64,000 nt of DNA. Source: Chloroflexota bacterium (GTDB taxonomy: Bacteria > Chloroflexota > Anaerolineae > Anaerolineales > Villigracilaceae). How positions within the stretch are numbered: position 1 is the stretch's first letter; each line of letters begins with the position of its first letter. Of this stretch, positions 57,677-64,000 are shown in pieces. The position numbers and the translations under genes were made by a program. The notes below the pieces were generated by a model that worked only from the letters and a program-made list of their open reading frames with translations, had not been told where the DNA came from and ran no database searches. Where the stretch lies: assembly GCA_016234495.1 (NCBI GenBank), contig JACRBI010000052.1:13789-77788 (forward strand). Direction: 5' to 3'.

Positions 57677-58897
57677 TTATTCCTTCCCCTGCGGGTCATT
57701 CTGCTTTGTGGATTTGGAACGGGTCAACCTTGCGCGGAGGCTGGAGAGTACACCCCAAAGTTTTTCTCCCTTTGAGCTGCCTTCCATCTTGCGCGCAGTG
57801 GTGAATTCGAAGACGCCGATGATCGCAGCGACACCCACCAGCCAGTAAGCCCAACTCCAACTACGTTTGGGAGCGGCGACCAGTTTGTTCAAGTCAGTTT
57901 CAGTCAACGCTGGGAAATCTTCGTTCTCCCACGCAATGGTATCCAGTTCTTCGGCAGTGTAGCCGAGAGCCACAAAATCGGCGCGCAGTTTCTCGTCCAT
58001 GATGTGACAGTCGGTGCATTGCGGCGCAGTTTCGAGGCGCGAAACGCGATGGACGACCGGCCAGTTCATCTGGTCTTTGACAAAACTACCCAGCGCTTCA
58101 TGGCTGGTGCCCGTCCGTTCACCCACACTGGCCGAAACCTCGGAGGTGCAGTCGAAGCCCTTGAAGAAGGTGCTGGTATCTTCGTGCTGATAATTGAACA
58201 GGAATGTGTGCGGCACATCCAGGGTGTGGCAGGAGACGCAGGGGATGTTTTCCTGGAGGTGCATTTTGCCGAGAGACTCTTCCATCTCCCCCAAGTCTTC
58301 CGCGCTGTGACAACTTTTGCACATGTCATCCGGGTTATCGAACAACACCTTCTGGCTGTGCGGGTCGTGGCAGTTCACACAGCGGACTTCGTTGGGCGTG
58401 GTATGCCCGGATAAACGAACTTCACCCAGAGTGGTCGGGTGACATGTCCCGCAGTATTCCTCATCTGAGCGCACTGGAATTTCCGCGGGGGGATGCTCCG
58501 CGCTGCCCTGCCCGTGACAGGCCTCGCACGAAACGCCTTCGGCAATGTATTGTTCAGTGTTCGGGTCGTACGTTGCCTTGTGGCACAGGAGGCACTCGTC
58601 AGCATATTCCATGTTAGCCCAGCCTTCCTGAAAAACAGAGTCGTCGAAGGAGTGGGCATGCGGACTTTCCAGCCAGGCATCATGTTTATCCGGGTGGCAT
58701 TCGACGCAGGCCTTTTCGGGTGGAGCGGCTGTCGGCGGCGGAGTGGACTCTGCTACGGGTTGGGAAATGCCGGTTGTCTGCGCGGCAGGCCGGAGGTCGG
58801 TTTGAGCCGATGCAGTGCCGACGAGCAGGATCATGCTTAACAGTCCGATCAGCAATGCGGTGAGAAAAATCTTATTACGATTGAGTCGCATGTTCAT
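57677..58897 (-). CDS. Octaheme c-type cytochrome with signal peptide and C-terminal TM anchor
   Basis: 8 CxxCH: CVECH, CLLCH, CEACH, CGTCH, CVNCH, CKSCH, CVSCH, CTDCH. Confidence 0.9.
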   Translation of the reverse strand: MNMRLNRNKIFLTALLIGLLSMILLVGTASAQTDLRPAAQTTGISQPVAESTPPPTAAPPEKACVECHPDKHDAWLESPHAHSFDDSVFQEGWANMEYADECLLCHKATYDPNTEQYIAEGVSCEACHGQGSAEHPPAEIPVRSDEEYCGTCHPTTLGEVRLSGHTTPNEVRCVNCHDPHSQKVLFDNPDDMCKSCHSAEDLGEMEESLGKMHLQENIPCVSCHTLDVPHTFLFNYQHEDTSTFFKGFDCTSEVSASVGERTGTSHEALGSFVKDQMNWPVVHRVSRLETAPQCTDCHIMDEKLRADFVALGYTAEELDTIAWENEDFPALTETDLNKLVAAPKRSWSWAYWLVGVAAIIGVFEFTTARKMEGSSKGEKLWGVLSSLRARLTRSKSTKQNDPQGKE

Positions 58898-58932
58898 TTT
58901 GCGAACCTCGAAGAACAGGATGTAAAAATTAT

Positions 58933-59850
58933 TTATGAACTGACTGTCAGCGGGTTGGCCATCTCTGAAGTCAGGAACGTCCAAAAGGCGGCTTGTGATT
59001 TTGACTCGGGGCGGCGGCTGTTGTGGCCGATGTAAATATTGCGGCAGATGTTCAAATCGCGCACACGGATGCGGGCAACTTTGCCGGGGCAGATTCGGTC
59101 AACGACCATTTGCGAAACAAATCCAACTCCGAGCCCTTCCTGGACAGAAAGAGCAATCGCTTCAGAATTTCCGAGAGTGATGAGGATACGCAGGTCTGAG
59201 ATCGAAACCTTGTGCTGTTTGAGCGCCTCGGTGACGGCGTGGAATGTGCCGGAAGAGGATTCGCGCATGATGAAGTCTGCATCGAGCAATTCTTCTGCTT
59301 CTATCTCCTCGCGCTGCGCCCATGGGTGACCCAACGGGGTGATGAGGACGATCGGGTCACAGATGAACGAAACAGCTTCGATATCCGGGTAGTTGGCGTA
59401 GTCCATGCTGAAGAGCGCAAAGTGGACTTCCCCATCCACCAGATTTTGCAGGGCGTCGGTCTGGGGCGTGACCTGACAGGTGACCCGCACCTGGGGATGC
59501 CTGTGATGAAAGCTGGTCAACAAGTGCGGGAGGATGTATTTTCCGGGCGTGGTGCTGCACCCAACGATCAGGTGTCCGAAAATCCCTCCTTTTAGTGAAG
59601 CCATTGTTTCGTCAATCCGCATGGACAGCATGACAGCCTCTCTTGCCAGTGGCAGCAAAGCCATGCCGGCATCGGTCAGTTCCAGGTTTCGGCCATTTCG
59701 GAAAAATAACTGCGTGTCGAAATGGCGTTCCAACCCCTGAATGTGCTGGCTGACGCTGGGCTGGGTCATATGCAGCTGCTGGGCGGCCTGAGTGAAATTT
59801 AGCGCCTCTGCCGCGACTACAAAAACGTTGAGTTGATGGACATCTAACAT
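58933..59850 (-). CDS. LysR-family transcriptional regulator (CysL-like)
   Basis: NFTQAA..LHMTQPSVSQHI..LE, LF.R.GR..ELT.AG, RE.SSGT. Confidence 0.92.
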   Translation of the reverse strand: MLDVHQLNVFVVAAEALNFTQAAQQLHMTQPSVSQHIQGLERHFDTQLFFRNGRNLELTDAGMALLPLAREAVMLSMRIDETMASLKGGIFGHLIVGCSTTPGKYILPHLLTSFHHRHPQVRVTCQVTPQTDALQNLVDGEVHFALFSMDYANYPDIEAVSFICDPIVLITPLGHPWAQREEIEAEELLDADFIMRESSSGTFHAVTEALKQHKVSISDLRILITLGNSEAIALSVQEGLGVGFVSQMVVDRICPGKVARIRVRDLNICRNIYIGHNSRRPESKSQAAFWTFLTSEMANPLTVSS

Positions 59851-59919
59851 GGTTATACCTTTCTTGTGAATATTAACACAAAACACATAAGTCTACAAAG
59901 AGTTTAATGGTGTTTCATA

Positions 59920-59970
59920 ATAGTTTAATCTTATTGTACCTGATAAGCAAAAACTATAAGTAAACATTAT
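59920..59970. promoter_or_regulatory. Candidate LysR operator (inverted pair of 15-bp T-N11-A boxes plus a third box)
   Basis: ATAGTTTAATCTTAT (59920-59934), ATAAGCAAAAACTAT (59943-59957), ATAAGTAAACATTAT (59956-59970). Confidence 0.55.
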
Positions 59971-60036
59971 CAATATCACTTGATTGTAGTGTATATTGCT
60001 TATATAATTTGTGAAAAGTTGTACAAGAAGAGGATT

Positions 60037-61491
60037 ATGAAAACCATGAGGCTATTTCGACAGATAAGTTTATTCATCACCACCGCCCTGTTATTTTCAA
60101 GCTGTGCCCCGGCCAGCCCTGTGGATGCCTCCGCCAATCAAACCACTGCCCAACTGGCGGACGTAAAACTTTCCATTCCGGCCGTACTCCAGCCCGAAAT
60201 GGGAACTGGCGAAGGCGCCGGACCGAATGAATGCCTGAACTGCCACTCGGATAAGGATCGCCTGATCGAAACCGCCAAGCCGGTGGTGGAAGCAGCCGAA
60301 AGCGAGTCAAAAGGCGTTGGCTGAGGGGGCGAGGTGGCTCCGTTGGAGCCATGGGAGAAAGTGCTCGTTGACCTCAAGAAGTTCCCCGAGACGGTGCATG
60401 GTCACATTGAATGCACGGCTTGTCATCAGGGAAGCCAATCGTCAGATAAGGAAACAGCCCATAAGGATATGACCGCCCGTCCGAGCGAGGGAGACCCCAA
60501 CGCCTGCGGCGAATGTCACCCGGATGTGGCCGGAGTTTTCTCCAGCAGCCTGCATTCCGATTTGCAGGGATATTGGACAGCCCTGGATGCGCGTTCCGCG
60601 CCGGAGAATCACCCGCCGCTTGAGCAGGCTTTCAATAATCATTGCTCACGCTGTCACACCTCCTGCGGCGACTGCCATGTGTCGCAGCCTGCCAGCGTGG
60701 GTGGCGGCTTTTTCGAAGGACACGTGTTCGCCCGCACCCCGCCAATGACGCGCTCCTGCACGGCCTGCCACGGCAGCCGCGTGGGCAATGAATTCCTCGG
60801 CAAAAATGAGGGCTTCCCCGGCGACGTTCACTTCCGCGACGGGCGCATGAACTGCGTGGATTGCCACAGCGGACATGAACTTCACGGTCAGCCGGCTGAA
60901 TGCACGCAATGTCATACCAGCCCGGAAGCCATGACGATGAAGCCGGCCGATCATCGCTACGATGGCGTGCAGTCCCCCACTTGCGAGTCATGCCACCCCA
61001 ACACCACGGTCGGCAAGGACAACATTGAAATGCACACCGTCCACGGCGCGGATTTATCCTGTCAGATCTGCCATTCGATCACGTACACCAGCTGCGACGG
61101 ATGCCATGTGGCGATCAGCGAAAAGACAGGCAAGCCGTATTTCGAAACCGAGGCAACTTACTTCACCTTCCTGATCGGAAAGAATCCGTTGATCAGTTAC
61201 ACCCGTCCCTACAAGTTTGTGCCGCTGCGGCATGTGCCGGTCGCCGAGGATAGTTTCTCTTTCTACGGCGAGGACCTGCTCCCGAATTTCAACGCAGCCT
61301 CCACCTGGGTCTATGCCACCCCGCACAACATCCAAAGGAACACCCCGCAGGCCGCCTCGTGCAATGCTTGTCATGGCAATGCAAGCTTGTTCCTGACCGC
61401 AGACAAAGTTAATCCCGAGGAGTTGGAAGCCAATCAAAATGTGATCGTTGAGAGAATTCCTGCTCCCGTCGAAGAATCAACACCCAAATAA
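60037..61491 (+). CDS. Probable selenocysteine-containing dodecaheme cytochrome c lipoprotein (484 aa, in-frame TGA at 60322-60324 = residue 96)
   Basis: Track ORFs 59980..60324 and 60334..61491 share a frame and are separated only by TGA (..SKGVG-U-GGEVAPLEPWEK..); lipobox LLFSSC upstream; 1 + 11 CxxCH motifs. Confidence 0.82.
60334..60352 (+). promoter_or_regulatory. Candidate bacterial SECIS hairpin
   Basis: GTGGCTCC-GTT-GGAGCCAT stem-loop starting about 10 nt after the TGA, G-first loop. Confidence 0.7.
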
Positions 61492-61506
61492 CAAGGAGAT
61501 CGAGAA

Positions 61507-63222
61507 ATGACCAAGAAACTGTATTTGCCCATCGTTCTATTGCTGGCACTCAGCATTTTACTGGGAGCCTGCGGAACGCCCGCTGTCGCCACTGAACCGC
61601 CAGTTGTGCAGACCGAACCACCAGTCATAGCCACTGAACCGCCTGTTATCGCCCCCGATGCCCAGGCCCTGTTCACCGACCTCATCGCCAGTCTCCCCGC
61701 AGACAAGGGCTATGGTTCGGTCAAGTCTGCCGCGTTGAATGAAGAACTCGCAGACAAGGCGCCCTTCCTGCTCGACGTGCGCGAAACCGCCGAAGTTGAG
61801 AAGGATGGCTACATCGAAGGCTCGGTCAACATCCCGGTGCGCGAAGTGCTCAACAACCTCGACAAACTGCCCGGCCTCGACGAACCCATCGTAGTCACTT
61901 GCGCCTCCGGTCACCGCGGCGGCATGGTGATGGCATCCCTTAAACTGCTGGGCTACACAAACGTCCGCAACCTGAACGGCGGTTTGAATGCGTGGAAGAA
62001 AGCCGAACTGCCAGTTGTGACCGGCTCCATGCCCGCAGCCCCGGCCGTCGTCGGCACAGCCATCATCGCCGACCAGGCACTATTCGACATGCTCAATGAT
62101 TTCCTCTCGACCCTGCCCGAGGGATTCAACGCTGTAAAATCTGACAAACTCTCTGAAGAACTTGCCAGCGGCACCCTGCCCGCGATCATTGACGTGCGCA
62201 GCAAAGCCGAATGGGACAAGGATGGATACATCGAAGGCTCTGTAAACATTCCGTTCAGCGACCTGTTTGCAAACCTCGACCAGATTCCCGCGGATAAAGA
62301 CGCGCGCATCATCGTGCTGTGCGCATCCGGCCACCGCGGCGGAATCACCATGATGGCCCTGCGCCTGATGGGCTACACAAACGTCATCAACCTGAATGGC
62401 GGCTTGAACGGCTGGAAGTCGGCTGGCCTGCCCGTAAAAGGCTTGGTCGCCGAGATGGCAGCCTTCATCACCAGCCTGCCCGCCGATGCCGGTTTCTACA
62501 GCATCAAATCAGACAAGCTCAACGAACTGCTGGTCGAAACCCCGCCCTTCATTGTGGACGTGCGCGAAGCCTCCGAACTCGAAGCCAATGGCTACATCGC
62601 CGGCGCGATCAACATCCCGATCCGCGAACTGCTGAAGAACCTCGACAAACTGCCGGGCAAGGATCAGAAAATCATCATCACCTGCGCATCCGGTCATCGC
62701 GGCTCACTCGGCATGATGTCGCTGCGCCTGCTGGGATATACGGACGTCGTCAACCTCAACGGCGGAATGAACGGCTGGATCAAGGCTGAATTCCCGGTCG
62801 AGAAGACCGCTCCCGCCGCCCCGACGGCTGGCACCGCTCCCGAAGTGGATGCCGACAAACTGGCTGCTCTCGACGCTTACCTGAGCGCCCTGCCTGAAGG
62901 TTTTGGCGCCGTAAAATCCCCCGATTTCAACACCGAGCTCGTTGCCGGGACAATTCCCTTCATCCTCGACGTTCGCACCCAGGAAGAATGGGACGCTGAC
63001 GGCCACATCGACGGCGCTGTGCTGGTTTCGATCAACGACCTGGCCGCCAACCTGGCCAAACTTCCCGCCGACAAGGCTGCGCCCATCGTTGTCACCTGCA
63101 AGTCCGGGCACCGCGGCGCCATGGCGCAAATGTACCTGCAATTCCTCGGCTACACCAGCATCCGCAACTTAAACGGCGGCATGAACGGCTGGATCGCCGC
63201 CGAACTGCCTGTCGTCAAGTAA
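61507..63222 (+). CDS. Lipoprotein with four tandem rhodanese (sulfurtransferase) domains
   Basis: Lipobox LLGAC; four LDVR/IDVR..E..GYI.G.. blocks with loops CASGHR x3 and CKSGHR; NLNGG.N.W. Confidence 0.9.
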   Translation: MTKKLYLPIVLLLALSILLGACGTPAVATEPPVVQTEPPVIATEPPVIAPDAQALFTDLIASLPADKGYGSVKSAALNEELADKAPFLLDVRETAEVEKDGYIEGSVNIPVREVLNNLDKLPGLDEPIVVTCASGHRGGMVMASLKLLGYTNVRNLNGGLNAWKKAELPVVTGSMPAAPAVVGTAIIADQALFDMLNDFLSTLPEGFNAVKSDKLSEELASGTLPAIIDVRSKAEWDKDGYIEGSVNIPFSDLFANLDQIPADKDARIIVLCASGHRGGITMMALRLMGYTNVINLNGGLNGWKSAGLPVKGLVAEMAAFITSLPADAGFYSIKSDKLNELLVETPPFIVDVREASELEANGYIAGAINIPIRELLKNLDKLPGKDQKIIITCASGHRGSLGMMSLRLLGYTDVVNLNGGMNGWIKAEFPVEKTAPAAPTAGTAPEVDADKLAALDAYLSALPEGFGAVKSPDFNTELVAGTIPFILDVRTQEEWDADGHIDGAVLVSINDLAANLAKLPADKAAPIVVTCKSGHRGAMAQMYLQFLGYTSIRNLNGGMNGWIAAELPVVK

Positions 63223-63239
63223 ACCCAAACTCACAAACC

Positions 63240-63273
63240 AACTGCCCGCGAGTTTCCTCGCGGGCAGTTTTTT
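63240..63273 (+). terminator. Intrinsic terminator ending the multiheme-rhodanese operon
   Basis: AACTGCCCGCGAG-TTTC-CTCGCGGGCAGTT + T run. Confidence 0.85.
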
Positions 63274-63442
63274 ATCAAATTGGTGAATTTTTCTACAATC
63301 ATTTGAATTGTGCTAAACTAGGCACTTGATGTCGTTACGAGGAGCACAGCGACGAAGCAATCTCCACTTTGGTAACAGAATGTTTGCGAATGTAGATTGC
63401 TTCGCTCCGCTCGCAATGACATATTGATTTCAGGAGGCCCTC

Positions 63443-64000
63443 ATGCTTTCACTCATCGAAAAGGTACTCTTCGTCATTGCGACACTCGCCTCACTCTACT
63501 TCACGTATCGCGGTGTTGCGCTCATCATGCAGCGCATCGGCAACGGTCAGGGAAAAATAGATGGGTCGCTGGCAATCAAACGGGTCGGAGAACTCATCGT
63601 CAAAGTGGGATTGTTCCAGCCCGTTTTTCGTTTCAGATTATGGCCGAGTATTTTACACGGGCTGATCGGATGGGGATTCCTTTCTTTTCTTTTGATCAAT
63701 CTCGCGGATCTGATCTACGCCTATACAGGGTTCAAACTTCTGGAGCATACTGGCCTGTTTGGTGACTTGTACCGCCTGCTCGCGGATTTTGCGAATGTCA
63801 TCATCATCGTCGGCATTGTGGCGATGGCAATCCGCCGCTTCATTCTTCGACCTGCGACTCTGTCCACGCGCGAGACGACTCTGCTCAACCCGAAAGCGCG
63901 GATCGGCATCACACGCGACTCAGCCATCGTTGCGACGTTCATCTTCGTCCATAACTCGATGCGCTTATTGGGAGAATCGTTTGGGATAGCGCTGGCCGGT
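63443..64000 (+). CDS. Partial membrane protein resembling the N-terminal TM region of FadF/HdrE-D-like Fe-S oxidoreductases
   Basis: AGGAGG RBS; manual translation MLSLIEKVLF..LFQPVFRFRLWPSILHGLIGWGF..LLADFAN..RRFI.RP; open to the window end. Confidence 0.6.
   Translation, partial: MLSLIEKVLFVIATLASLYFTYRGVALIMQRIGNGQGKIDGSLAIKRVGELIVKVGLFQPVFRFRLWPSILHGLIGWGFLSFLLINLADLIYAYTGFKLLEHTGLFGDLYRLLADFANVIIIVGIVAMAIRRFILRPATLSTRETTLLNPKARIGITRDSAIVATFIFVHNSMRLLGESFGIALAG

Noticed and set aside
60334-61491. Stand-alone 385-aa cytochrome starting at GTG 60334, with a separate short upstream gene
   Set aside because: It has no export signal despite 11 heme motifs, is in frame with the upstream lipoprotein ORF across a single TGA, and its start codon lies in a hairpin. 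Read-through explains the data better, though it is unproven.
60037-61491. Pseudogene by nonsense mutation
   Set aside because: All heme motifs are intact, there is no other lesion, and a SECIS-like stem is correctly placed. Not fully excludable without the sel genes.
1-64000. tRNA (including tRNA-Sec), rRNA, transposase, integrase or prophage genes
   Set aside because: None recognised by eye; tRNAscan-SE/Infernal would be needed to exclude them formally

Overview
64-kb chromosomal window from a GC-rich bacterium, most likely Anaerolineae/Anaerolineales (Chloroflexota); this is inferred from gene content and style. No rRNA, tRNA, CRISPR array, transposase or integrase was recognised. Left to right: (1) aspartate kinase-asd behind an unannotated Thr/Met-rich leader peptide and attenuator; (2) SAM-I riboswitch-metY-metA; (3) a minus-strand argG-argH-lysW-lysX-lysY-lysZ-lysJ-lysK operon (LysW carrier-protein route, apparently to arginine) behind an Arg-rich leader peptide and terminator; (4) a Wood-Ljungdahl CODH/ACS cluster (2x cooC, His-variant HMA protein, cooS, acsB, CBS, acsD, acsC, acsV, acsE, MetV-MetF fusion); (5) small accessory and housekeeping genes, ino1, paired deacetylase-like lipoproteins, and a tandem ThyX with an in-frame palindromic repeat; (6) a System I cytochrome c maturation operon with CxxxY-type CcmE; (7) the most striking locus, a LysR-centred divergon. 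Its left arm is an octaheme cytochrome c, a Tat-exported 4x[4Fe-4S] protein and an NrfD-type membrane anchor. Its right arm is a 12-heme lipoprotein split only by an in-frame TGA with a SECIS-like hairpin (probable selenocysteine 96), then a four-domain rhodanese lipoprotein. Together these suggest an extracytoplasmic, selenium-dependent sulfur or selenium respiration module; the function is inference. Most cistron junctions carry compound palindromic repeats built from 7-9-nt units, two of which lie inside coding sequence.
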